Below, piece by piece: positions 39,640 through 51,662 of a DNA stretch of 54,398 nt. The stretch's first letter is position 1, and each line of letters opens with the position of its first letter. The position numbers were made by a program, and so were the translations under genes. The notes under the pieces are model-generated. The model was not told where the DNA came from. It saw only the letters and a list, made by a program, of their open reading frames with translations, and searched no databases. This DNA comes from Chromera velia (lineage: Eukaryota): the NCBI GenBank assembly GCA_018398765.1, contig JAHBMJ010000149.1, positions 1 to 54,398 of the forward strand, read 5' to 3'.

Positions 39640-40250
39640 CTGATCAAAGAAAGCCTTAGGATGACCAATGGCATGGGAGCCCCCTTCTTGCCCCCCGCGC
39701 TGATCAGAAAAAGGATAAACATAGGATCCCCCTCCTCCCCCGTCCCCCCTCCCCCGCACTGATCAGAGAAAGGATGACCATAGGAGCCCCCTCCTCGCCC
39801 CCCGCACTGATCAAAGAAAGGATGAACATAGAACCCCCTTCCTCCCCCCCCGTGCTGATCAGAGAAAGGACGACGATGGAACCCCCCTCCTTGCCCCCCA
39901 CGCTGATCACAGAAAGAACGAATATAGGACCTCCCTCCTCCCCCCTGTGCTGATCAGAAAAAAGAAAAAGGACGAACATAGGACCCCCTTCCTCCCCCCC
40001 TGCGCTGATCAAAGAAAGGACGACCAATGGCATGGGAGCCCCTTCCTCCTCCCCCGCGCTGATCAGAGAAAGGACGACCAATGGCCAATGCTAGCTAATG
40101 GTATGGGACCTCCTCCTCCCCCTCCGCGCTGATCAGAGAAAGGACAACCATGGGAGCCCCCTCCTCACCCTCCGCGCTAATCTGAGAAAGGACAAACACA
40201 GGAACCCCTTCCTTGCCTCCTGTACTGATTAGAGAAAGGACGAACACAGG
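39640..40250. repeat. Degenerate ~48-bp tandem repeat, ~12 copies
   Basis: Core ctgatcagagaaaggacga followed by a C-rich segment; copies start near 39641, 39701, 39760, 39808, 39856, 39905, 39951, 40006, 40060, 40130, 40178 and 40226. Confidence 0.9.
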
Positions 40251-40973
40251 ACTCTCCATCGTTCCCTGTCGGCAGTCCAGCATGTCCAGTCAGGAAGAAC
40301 CCAGGATTGGCATTCTACGCGTACCTTTGAGGCAGCACGGAGGCTGCTAAGGGTCTGTAAGGAATAGGGCCGGGGGAAAGAGAGTCTAGCGGGGAAGGGG
40401 AGAATGGAAGAAGGAGGTCTAGAAGGAGGTCGAATTCCTGAGAGTTCCTCTTATACTCCCCCGCCCCCCCCCTCTGCCATCAGGTTAAGGACAGGGAGGG
40501 TAACTGTAGAAGGAAGCGCTCCGTTGCTAGGTTAGATGTGAGACGTGTCATAAATAGTGTTGCCAAATTGAGACAAAGGGGCAATGCCGGGAGAACCATG
40601 CCTAAATATACTAGAAGGACCACCTATTTGACTAAAAGGGCTCAGCGCCACCCCAGAAACCCCGAAGGGCGAACGTGTTAAGCCTTTGTCATGAGTGTTT
40701 TCATAGTGTTTTCAGATTGGGGCGAAGGAAGGCCACTTCCCCCGCATATCCCGCTATCCTTCACCTATAGGCCACGGAATCTGGAATTAAATGGCCAACC
40801 CCTAGCAGGGGGCGTTCATCCTCATCTCATCTGAACTATGGAGGCACGACAGCTGCGGCTGCAGATTCTGTCTGTCTCTGAACATCCTGCAGAGGAGAGG
40901 TCTCACTGTCACAGACGAGGCCTATGGCTGCAGCTGCACATAATACAGTACTCACTATATTAAGCGCTGCATA

Positions 40974-41954
40974 CTACATTTGCTCCTCTCTCAGAGAACG
41001 CCGCTCCCAGTTTGTTATCCTCTGTGATTTGTCCAACAAGTGACCAAACACAAAATCAACCACATCACCGAGACTCACGAGATCCTCTCTCTCTTTCCTC
41101 CTGCCGCCTCCTTTAGGAGTCTTACTGGGAGTCTCGAAGAACCCATGACCAACGCTAGGGTCTGGGGTCTGAGGGACATACTCTTCTCTTGGTGAAAGAA
41201 TAGCAGCTGCACCAGCAGCAGCAAAACTGCTTAGCTGATATGAAGGAGTAGAGGGGGGCTGTACAACTTGAAGTTGAACTTCTGTCTGAGTATTGGGTTT
41301 CTCTGCTCGAAGGGGGCAACTTTTCAGTCTCATTTTCCTCTTTGCGTTCTAAGACTTTAGTGACTGTGACTGTCTTGCTGAGAAACAGAGAGGGATTCGA
41401 GAGATTACATGGAGACGGAACAGTAGAAGGGGAAAATCTCTCTCTGGACTGTTGCTCTTTTTGAGGGGAATGATGCTCATCCACAGTGACGTTATGTTGT
41501 ATGGTTATGCTTTCTCTCTTTGCAGGCTGAGAGGGCTGAGAGCCCCCTGGCGAGTGTTTGGGTAGAGAAACAGATACCAGGATCTCCCCCGCTGCCTCGG
41601 CTGTTGCGGCGGAATGTTGAGAAAGAGGGGTAGAAGCGGGCGGCTGGGGATTCAGATACGGATCTGTCAGGACTGGAGGCCCTACACGTATCTGCTTTCT
41701 ATTTGCTGTGTAGCAGAGAGCAATCAGCTCCAGCTGAGGAGAAGCTTTCAAATGCCCCGTTGGCCCTACAACGCACGCCCACAGCATCTGCCAGTCCTGT
41801 CTAAAAAACTGTATCCCCACCTTTGTTGGCCATCTTTTGGTAAACAACTGTATCTATCATCAGGATCTCCCCTACCCCCCTCCACGCTGCATGCACTCAT
41901 GAACCATTGGTTCATGTTTTGGTGATGAGCTGCCCAAAATTCATTTATAGGCAA
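40974..41954 (-). pseudogene. Probable decayed coding sequence (gene or TE), family unknown
   Basis: Three overlapping minus-strand ORFs (41766-41954, 41155-41847, 40974-41333) look like one frameshifted frame: a Trp/Cys-containing globular segment followed by an S/P/T-rich linker. Confidence 0.3.
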
Positions 41955-42797
41955 AAAGTCTTCTTGTGAGGGGCAAAAACCCCCCTAAAAACACGCTAAA
42001 ACCCCCTTTAAAAACCATAAAATTCACTTTTCAAAGAGGCTCTGCCAAAAATTCAGGAGTCACTGCGTTTCCATCCCCCTTGAAAGAGAAAAGAGATCAA
42101 TGAAGAAGACCTGGGGATGGGAGAGAGTGGGGATTGTTTTTTTGCAGAAAGGGAGACCGGAAGCAGAAACAAGCAACATGATTTGCTGGACCTGGTTTGA
42201 GGTAAAGACAGCAATCTGGAGGAGGACGGTACGCGGTCTCTCGTTCTGAAACACAAAGGGAAGCAAAGAAGGCTTTCATTCATAGTCAACACCTATAAGC
42301 CCCCCCCGAGACGAGCCAACGCTTTTCAGGGTCTCTTGAACATCCTTCAGCTAGTCAAGTGTCTGTACTAAGTGCACAGACTCATAAAGAGAATATGGAC
42401 TGTTGCTGAGAGGCCACTTAAAAGACCTCCCCATGGTGAGAGCAGGTATGGGGGCTTTCTGAATGTCCACTTCATCACCTTGGGTCTCTTCTTTGTTTTC
42501 TTGCTCCTGCTGGCCTCTGAGGTCATCCCTCTGGTTGTCGGGTGGGGCCACTTTTTGGATTGGGCCCACGACAATATAGAAAGAGAGCTGGAAGTTTCTG
42601 GTCTAGGTGTTAGCGTCGAATAGCACTGCCACAACACTTCCAAAAGCCGTCCCCCCATGCAATCCCCCCAACAGGAACAACCACGTTCGAATTATAGACC
42701 GCTCTTGTGAAAGTACCCCCGTGTTTTTCATTGCCTGCCTCCCTCTCGATCTGTGCTCGCTTGTTATGGAGCCTGGTGGCGGCATTCACCATAGCCA

Positions 42798-44389
42798 TAT
42801 GGCTTGCTTAGTCAGACATACAAACTCCCAGTAAAATGCTATGAAACTACTAGGTAGATTAGCGAACATGCCTAGTAGACCGGGAGGTCTTCTAGGCAGT
42901 CTACCTGGGGTCTACCAAGCAAGTGCCTAGTGACTCCTAGGGAGCTACCAGGCAAACACTAAAACATTCCTAGGCACCATCTAGGTAAGTTCCTATCCTA
43001 TCCTAAGCAAGCTTAGACAAAGGGTTCTTTGAAAAAATGATGTTAGATAATGATACTTATGTAGAAATAACCATAATATGATTTTAGAGCATTAAGAGTC
43101 AGTATGCAAAATATTTTTTCAAGGCAACCTCCAAGGTGTTCTACCCAGAAACAAACCCATTAGCCATGCATAGCCCAAGCCACAGTCGTTGAGGCTTGGG
43201 TAGTAGCTGCAATCCCTGACTACTTGGTGCAGTTTTGGCGAGCTTCCATAGGGGTGTATGACACCGAGGGGGGGGTGGTGTGCAGCACTACAAGAGCTGA
43301 GGATGGATGCCGCCCCCCGGTATGATTCAGAATAAGGTCATCTGAAAACGCCGGACTACGGATGGTAGAGGGGTGTGAGGCATAATGGTGGACAAAAAAA
43401 ACTCCTAACTTCTTAGCTATACAATATCCTAAAATCTCTTCAACTATCTAAGACTATTTTAAAACTTAAAAACACTAATATATCTTAAACTATCAGACAC
43501 TATTTAAAAGTGTTTTCAAACTAATCATGTTACTAATATGTTACTAGCTTAGTTAACAATCGTGTGCGATCTCATTCATGTGCAACTTGTCAATGACATG
43601 TGCATGGGCCTCTAAAAAAAAAAATGTATGCATGCATGCATGCATTAAAAAGCTGAACGTCAGCCTCGGGGGACAACTCCGCATAGATACCGAGGGGGGG
43701 TATCCCTTCTCGCACGGGCCGGTAGCAGCGGACACCGGGGGGGGCGGTGTCCAGCACATCGGACGCGAAGCGCCCGATGCCCGTCCCGCCATCTATGGGC
43801 ATAACGGAGCAAGCTTGGATACCCCCCCCCCCNCCCCCCCCCCCTGGTGTCCTAATACTAAGCTAATAGGAGGATATACCCCTATAAGCTTCCCACATCA
43901 AAGCGCTCAAAGCGGCTTTGCCAGAGTTTCATCTTACAAGATGGTCCGCTGTTACTCGGTTTTTAGAAAGCATGGAAACCCTAACAGAGGCTAATAAGGT
44001 GCTGTTCAGCTCTCCTGAATACTACAAGTCAGAGCTTCTCGATGAAAGAGCAGGGGCAGAGCGAGATGAAGATATGCCTAACCGAGCGCGGGCATGACAT
44101 TCCTGTAAATATTCATCAATTAAATACTTTTACTTACATTTTTAAAGTTGAAAACTCAGCTAATGTTGTCTAGAAAAACTGAAGATGTTGCTAAGAGACT
44201 GCCTAAGATAAGATAGGAACTTACCTAGATGGTACCTAGAGTCTACTAGGCACTTGCCCGGGAGACCCCTAGGGTTCACCAGGCATGTACCCTAAATCTC
44301 CTAGGCATTCCTTCGAATATACCCAGACTACCCTAGGGTTGTCCAAGCAGTATTCCAAAGAATTTATATGTCTGACTAGGCAAGCCATG
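42798..44389. mobile_element. Non-autonomous DNA transposon with ~200-bp degenerate terminal inverted repeats
   Basis: Left arm: tatggcttgcttagtcagacata...gcaagtgcctagtgactc...ccatctaggtaagttcctatc. Right arm: gataggaacttacctagatgg...gagtctactaggcacttgc...tatgtctgactaggcaagccatg. CA flanks both ends (candidate 2-bp TSD). No transposase ORF. Confidence 0.7.
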
Positions 44390-45811
44390 CAGGGTCCAGC
44401 CGAGGGTCTCGGGACTTCCTGGGGGGGGGAGACGGGTAAGACATTCGCTTGTCTGTCTCCATATTCTCTCCTTCGCCAAATGACACCCCAATGCTGCCGT
44501 CAGCCTCATGTCTCAGGAGTACTCGGAAGTCCGTCTAACAGGTCTATCGCAGTCTGCAAGATCACAACAGGGAATAACTGAATGTATGGGTGTTGAGTCG
44601 ATCGAACATTATTGGTTGATCGAAAATTATGGGAGAACGGAGGATAGGCAAATCGACGGTAGTGTGACAGCCATGTAGTATCAATGACAAACAACCGTAG
44701 GAGAGAGCCCAACGGTCTGAAAAGAGTATAAAACACACACAGACCTGTGCATTAACTTTTTCATGGGGAGTTACTGTATCAATGTTCAGATAATTGGATG
44801 AACGGTTTCAGTGTTTCACCGATCGATCAAAGCCTAAGACTTGAGAAAAAGAAGCAAACGGAAGGAGACAAAGAAGAAACTCCTAAGTTGCCTAGATGCA
44901 AGGACTAAAGAACCATGAAAACCACCTTGCTACTCGCAAACACGCATCACCAGATCGCTGGATTCCACAATTCAAAGTGAAAATGAAATACAAGCCCAAC
45001 ACAGAAAAGAAGACTGACGGAGAGGCTCCACTTCTTCAACAGAAAACACCTATCCACGCAGAGTACGACATAGACTTTTTGCAGTGTGAACGAGTGCCCA
45101 AAGGATCATGTTTGTTATCAAAGCGGAGAAAATGCACAAGGGAAAATTTTTCAAAACGGTCTCCAACACTCAAACGGTCTCCAAAACAACCCTATCCTGC
45201 AAGCATTTTTGGATAGTAAACAGTGGTTAAAAATGAAAAACAAAGAGTTTTAAGCATTCTGTGAGTGTATTTTTGTGTGAATCATAGTCAGTAAGTGATA
45301 GAAAAAAATGTATTGCGCGTTTAAACGGCGCGTGACCGTATGCAAGCCTGAGAGTCACGTCGCGCCCCCCAAATATGATAGTCGCGGTGGCCGCGCGCGC
45401 GCTGCAAGCTTTAAATTTGTGCATGCACGTGAGGGGATTCAAAATCGGATCGGAATCCGATTTTGACATACGCGTGCGGTAGAATTGAAGGGCTATGCAG
45501 CATAAGCTCTGATTTGACAAAGGTAAGCTATAGTCACACTGCTTATATAAAGTGTTTACTGTTCACCGCTCATGTTTCCAAATGTTCTTAAATCAAGTTG
45601 CACTTTTAAATTCTGGAAGTCAGAGCTGCTTTACACTTCGTATTGGGAGCAGACTTTGGGCCGATGGAACCTCAGCCGTCTCTTTTCTTTCAGGCATGGG
45701 TTTATTTCCCCGTCTTGTTCTATGAAGTAGATGAGGTGGGTAAAATTAGACAGGGTCGTCTTGCTTCCAATCTTTGGTCGACGTCTTATTCTGTTTCATG
45801 CCCCAATGCAA

Positions 45812-46436
45812 GCTTTCGAGCTTTTGCTTGCCTTGCTGGGGGAACGGGGGCTGTCTTCATCTTCCTTCTGGTGAGTTTGAGGTTCTGTCTCCTCTTAGAC
45901 GTGAGCAAGTCGTGCTACTTGTTGCATCATATCAGGTACTGGCCCACTTTTGCCCAAACTCTCACACTTCCTTATCTGCTTAGTATTTATCTGCAGGCAG
46001 GATTTGGGACTCCCACAGGGCTGTCTTGGGGAGCCAGAGGGGCCTTCGCATGCTCTCCGGTGAGTTGATCCGTTTGATTGCTTCCTAGACTGCTTCAATG
46101 CTTGCAGGCCATTACATCATGTCGGAGCATAATACCTTACAGACCTTCGCCTAGAACTTCATTTTTTTCTTGCTCTATGCCTGTATGCAGGATCTGGGAC
46201 TCGTTTTTGCCTTTGCTCAGGAGCTGAAGTTGCTTTCGTCCTTTTTTTGGTGAGTATTCATTTTCGTCTCTCTATGTGGGTTAGCGCATGATGCACTGTC
46301 GAGCAGATGTTCGCTTTCAACCGTCCTTTCTGGCTTTGTTGCCTCTTGGGGATATGATTGAATGCAGGTTCTATTGTTTTTGAGGGCGCTCGATCAGGAA
46401 CGGCGCTTGAGGACCTGTGCGATAGCTGTCTCTCGG
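45812..46436 (+). other. Tandem cluster of homologous 59-nt exon-like units at ~190-bp spacing
   Basis: 45812-45870, 46001-46059 and 46191-46249 are each 59 nt and each followed by GTGAGT. The second and third are preceded by GCAG, the first by GCAA. A fourth, 69-nt unit at 46368-46436 has TGCAG / GTCAGT boundaries. Confidence 0.45.
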
Positions 46437-46849
46437 GTCAGTCATTGCGGTTTGTTTTCATTCGGTCTAGCTGTGTTAGTCATGTCGTTTTGCACCCATG
46501 CCTGCCAATTAAAAACAGTTGAGGGCATCTGATTCAAGGAGGCGTGATTTAGAAAGAGAGGAGAGTGAATATGGCAACCTGAGGAGAGCCAACGGGAGGA
46601 GAGGGGGGGTTGGCCCCCCCCGCTCCTTGTTTGTCTCCCTTTCACTGCATGCCTATCTATGTTTGAGTCTTTTCTCTGTGCTCGAGACGACCTGGCCCCT
46701 AATATCCTGGCACCTGCCCCAGCTTTCCCCAGCCCCAACGCTAGCCCCAACGTCTGGATGCTCGCAAAGCAGAAAGAGAGACAAAGGAATGAGGAGGAGC
46801 GGGCAGATCAAGGGGGTAAGCAGGCCGGAGCGCTGGTCCGGGGCGATGT

Positions 46850-47130
46850 CCATCGACGGAGGCCGGGGAAAGGACGCGGACAGGAGTGGCGGCCAGACCT
46901 GGGGGTCGGGCCCAGGGCTGGGACCGGGGCCAGCGGCGTCACAGAGAACTCCGAGCGAACAGGGCGGGGCCAGCTGGAGCGAGCGGTGAAACGTTTGGGT
47001 CCAATAAATATCTGCGACTGGCAAAGGAAGCCGGGGTTGGGGCCGGGGCCAGCGGTGCACCACAAGGGGACAAGGCGGGGCCCAAGGCCGGGGCCGGGGC
47101 CGACGGCGTCACAAGTGGGCCGGGGTAGGC
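46850..47130 (+). repeat. GC-rich short repeats (ggggccggggccagcggcgtcac-like), G-quadruplex-prone
   Basis: Three to four diverged copies near 46905, 46960, 47035 and 47080. Confidence 0.6.
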
Positions 47131-47143
47131 GGCAAAGGAGCAG

Positions 47144-47676
47144 AGAATCTGGTGGGAGGCTGGTAGGGGAGAACAGTGAGGAGTTAGGACATGAAAAGTA
47201 GATTAACTTGCGTCCTGAAGGGTGCCGGTGGCGGCTGCACTGCTCTTTTAGCCTCATTCCACTTTCTTTCCTGCCCCAAATTTCCGGTAGTGCCGTGACC
47301 CCCCCCTTTGAGAGTTATCGGAAAAAACAGGTCTGATTCTTCCGGTAAGGGGGGGGGGTCAAAAAAGTTTTTTGTCAGAAAAAAAAAGAAGTGGTCCCAA
47401 TCGATTACTAATATCAAAACAACCACTTTTAATTTTTTTCCAACAAAAAAAATCGGTAAACCCCCCCCCTTACCGGAAGAATCAGAACTGTTTTTTCTGG
47501 TAACAACCAGGAGGGGGGGTCACAGCACTACCAGAAATTTGGGGCAGGACAGAGAGTGGAATGAGGCCAAGGGAGCAGTGTAGCCACCACCAGCACCCCT
47601 CAGGACACCAGCCAATCCACTTTTCATGTCCCAACTCCTCACCGTTCTCCCCCATCTGCCTCCCATCCGGGTTTCT
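47144..47676. mobile_element. Foldback element / MITE: ~250-bp inverted arms with a ~25-bp centre
   Basis: 47149-47395 is the diverged reverse complement of 47422-47669 (e.g. ctgattcttccggtaaggggggggg / ccccccccttaccggaagaatcag; cctgccccaaattt / aaatttggggcagg). Confidence 0.8.
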
Positions 47677-47679
47677 TAT

Positions 47680-47722
47680 ATGTGTGTGTGAGGGTGTGTG
47701 CGTGTACGTATGTGTGTATGTC

Positions 47723-47797
<75 letters not shown>

Positions 47798-47812
47798 GTA
47801 TGTGTATATGTA

Positions 47813-47863
<51 letters not shown>

Positions 47864-47872
47864 GTGTATGTA

Positions 47873-47921
<49 letters not shown>

Positions 47922-48336
47922 AGACAAATCCTCAGGAGCTGGTTTCCAGATTATTTTGAAACCTTTTGAATTTTCTTTTTTTTTTTTCTCCCTGTTCTTG
48001 CTGTTGTCTTTGATTCTTTTCCATGTGTATGTCCTTTGAATGTGCGTTCAGGTAAATCCACCTGAGGGAAGCACTATCTCTGAGTACCCATATAGAAGGT
48101 GGGTCTATCGTGCGGCATTTGTGTCAGCGGCTTGTTCTTGGTCTGCCAGGCTCTTAAAGCTCTGTTTCTTTTCAAGCTTTTCCGTTCCTTTTCGTTTTGA
48201 GTCTTTTTGCGTCTCTGCGGGCATGTATCTTAGTGTGTATACATGTATGTGTGTTGGTATAGGTGTAGGTGTAGATGTGTGTGTGTGTCTGTGTGTGTGT
48301 ATATATGTGTCTGTGTGTGTATGTGTGTGTGTGTGT

Positions 48337-48378
<42 letters not shown>

Positions 48379-48554
48379 GCATGAGAAGGGGGGTCCGTGT
48401 ATGTTGGAAAGCTTTTTCATTTCGGCACTAGCTCTTGCTGCTTGTGTGTTTGAAACAATGAGCCTACATGCCCTTATATTCCAATCAGGACATAATTCAT
48501 GCATGCAGGTATGTGACACTGTGTATGTGTGTGTGTCTGTGTGTGTGTGTATGT

Positions 48555-48589
<35 letters not shown>

Positions 48590-48657
48590 NTCGTGAACGT
48601 GTATGTGCGTGTTTGTGTATATGTGTGTGTGTGAATATGTATGTGTGTATGTGTATA

Positions 48658-48696
<39 letters not shown>

Positions 48697-48951
48697 ATGT
48701 GTGTGTGTGTGTGTGTGTATGTATATGTGTGTGTATGTGTATGTATGTGTGTGTGTGTGTGTATGTATGTGTGTCTATGTGTGTGTGTTTGTGTATGAGA
48801 GAGAGAGAGAGGAAGAGGGAGAGGGAGAGAGAATAATAAAAGTAATGCCAACATGTGGTTCTATTTCTGGTGACCAGCATATCTTCGTGAACGTGTATGT
48901 GCGTGTTTGTGTATATGTGTGTGTGTGAATATGTATGTGTGTATGTGTATA

Positions 48952-49017
<66 letters not shown>

Positions 49018-49025
49018 AATATATA

Positions 49026-49056
<31 letters not shown>

Positions 49057-49081
49057 ATGTATGTGTGTGAATGTGTATATA

Positions 49082-49117
<36 letters not shown>

Positions 49118-49250
49118 TGTATGTATATGTGTGTGTGCTCTCCTTCTCTCGGTCTCCTTCCGTCCCAGTGCTTCTCTGCCTGCTCTTTTCCGGCCCATGT
49201 TCCTCTCCTTCCCCCACCACCACCACACACTCTGTCTATCTGTCTGTCTA

Positions 49251-49283
<33 letters not shown>

Positions 49284-49458
49284 GTGTGTGTGTATGTGTG
49301 TGTGTGTGTATGTGTATGTATGTCTATGTGTGGTATATTTGCCTGCATAAGTACATGCGTGCACGCGTGTAAAGTTATATAAGAGAGGTGAATGAAACGT
49401 AGAAAATGGTAAAAAAGGAAGAAAAACAAGAAGATATGCATCTGAGGCCTTGTGTGTA

Positions 49459-49490
<32 letters not shown>

Positions 49491-49601
49491 TGTGTGCATG
49501 TGTGCGTATGCATGCAAGCAACATTAAGCATGAGATGAAAGCAAAAGGTAAAAGGAGGCAGAGGAATATAGAGGTGGTCGTGCGGGTTCGCACGTTCGTG
49601 T

Positions 49602-49632
<31 letters not shown>

Positions 49633-49667
49633 GTGTGTGTGAACGTGTATGTGCATGTATATGTGTA

Positions 49668-49725
<58 letters not shown>
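47680..49725. repeat. Compound (TG)n/(TA)n/(TGTA)n microsatellite region
   Basis: Several long TG-rich tracts interspersed with short unique stretches. Confidence 0.95.
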
Positions 49726-49727
<2 letters not shown>

Positions 49728-51101
49728 CATATTCTATTTCATGATTGAAGCCAGAGTGGACTTCTACTACGTCGTGCACAATAATTGCTTTAAGTTCAGC
49801 AAGTCATTGGTAGCAAGTCATTAGATATGCGGTGCAAAAGATGCTGTAGGTTTCGGTGCCAACTTTAGGAGCGGTACACACTGGCAGGTGAAGATGCACC
49901 TGTATCCATCCTAGATGGTATCTTATGAATATTTATTTATACAAACAACTACTCACCGTTTTATACCTGTAAATTACTTTAATGTTTTTATTTCTTTAAC
50001 TGTTTTCATTTATTTAAAGCAAATTTCAAACATGAATTAGACCAAATTTAAGAATCAGTTATAGTATTATAAATTTTCCGTATCTTATTCATATATATGT
50101 ACGTACGTGAATATATAGTTATATTATAATATGTATCATCCTAGGTATTATCATTATTAATTCTACTATACATTCTGATAGTTGAGCTTATTATAAATGT
50201 AGTTTAAACAACAAAACAATGTTTAATATCATTAGAATATTAAATTGTTTTAAAATGCTCTAGAAAATATGTAGATACTTCATAATTTTGGAGACCGTTT
50301 GGGTGTTAGAGACCATTTTAAAAATTTTTTCTTTAAACCGCGCCCGGCGGGCCGATCTGCCTCCTTCGCCTTCTCTGAAAATGCGTAGAAATGCTGTAGC
50401 AATGTCAATCCCTACTTGATGCATAATCCTGCTGTTCTGGATCATTTTTTAGAGGTTGGACAGATTGTCTTCGAAGCACACTCACAGCAGAAGAAGAGTC
50501 ACTTATGCCGATCGAGTCGCCTCAGCCACTTAGCTGAAGGGCGTGCACTGCCGAGTTACCTACATGCAGGTTATTCATACATATCGAGCAAGAACTAACG
50601 TGTTTTAATGTGCATGTATACTTAGTGTGGCAACCGTCAAGGTACGTCAATCAGGCAAAAAAATTTATGCGAGCATCAGCAGTCCTGGAAAAGATGTGTA
50701 GCGGATCTAGGAGCGGATCCAATTGCATGTACCACCAGAAAGCTGTGTACAGCTAGGATTTTGAAATCGGTAAACCGCTCACAATATACATACAGATGAA
50801 GCATCTCAATCCAGATATAGGGCTCACTTCAAGGCAGAGTCCGTGCATGGCAGGATTGTGCAACAAGGAAACCAAACTGAAGAAGTGGGTTAGGAGGTGG
50901 GCTCTCTTGTGAAATGCCTCCTGAGAAGAGAGATGTGGCCTTTGTACTACACTGTCATCCGTCCCGTCCTCCTGCCACTTTTTGCCTCCCTTTTTGATGA
51001 CACTTCAGGACGACAAAAATGAGTGTGGGCGGTGCTAAAAATGGCCGCTCTAGAGAGCCGGCGCGCCTGCATGCATAGGAGCCGCCCCCCGCGGCCGGCA
51101 T

Positions 51102-51417
51102 NNNNNNNNNNNNNNNNNNNNNNNNNNNNNNNNNNNNNNNNNNNNNNNNNNNNNNNNNNNNNNNNNNNNNNNNNNNNNNNNNNNNNNNNNNNNNNNNNNN
51201 NNNNNNNNNNNNNNNNNNNNNNNNNNNNNNNNNNNNNNNNNNNNNNNNNNNNNNNNNNNNNNNNNNNNNNNNNNNNNNNNNNNNNNNNNNNNNNNNNNNN
51301 NNNNNNNNNNNNNNNNNNNNNNNNNNNNNNNNNNNNNNNNNNNNNNNNNNNNNNNNNNNNNNNNNNNNNNNNNNNNNNNNNNNNNNNNNNNNNNNNNNNN
51401 NNNNNNNNNNNNNNNNN
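51102..51417. other. Assembly gap (316 N)
   Basis: Run of N flanked by GC-rich sequence containing TGCATGCA motifs. Confidence 1.
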
Positions 51418-51662
51418 CCGCCGCGCACAAAAGCCCATGCATGCACCATTTGCATGCATGTGAGATATATGTGAGATTATGTGGCCGTTGCAGCATATGT
51501 TGCAGCATCGTCCCCCAACGATGCATTGGGCCTCCATTTTCCTCATATGTTGCCGATGTCTAGCTGTGCATTTCCTCCTCGGCTGTAGCCACTCCCGAAG
51601 ATCTCGTCGCCCTAGCTTCGTGTCTGGTTAAATCTTCCAGTCAAGGACTCAGTCTGCCAGAG
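51418..51662 (+). promoter_or_regulatory. Upstream region of the kinase gene with TGCATGCA motifs
   Basis: catgcatgca at ~51436 and tgcatgcatg at 51451; another copy sits at ~51068 across the gap. Confidence 0.4.

Noticed and set aside
39640..40250. CRISPR-like array (constant core plus variable spacer)
   Set aside because: The spacers resemble one another (C-rich), the cores are degenerate, there are no cas genes and the context is eukaryotic.
48590..48975. Duplicated ~90-bp block (48591 and ~48885)
   Set aside because: The first copy starts right at an N within a microsatellite, so it may be a contig-join artefact.
47561..49824. Many CV/HT-repeat ORFs
   Set aside because: Products of (TG)n/(CA)n microsatellites.
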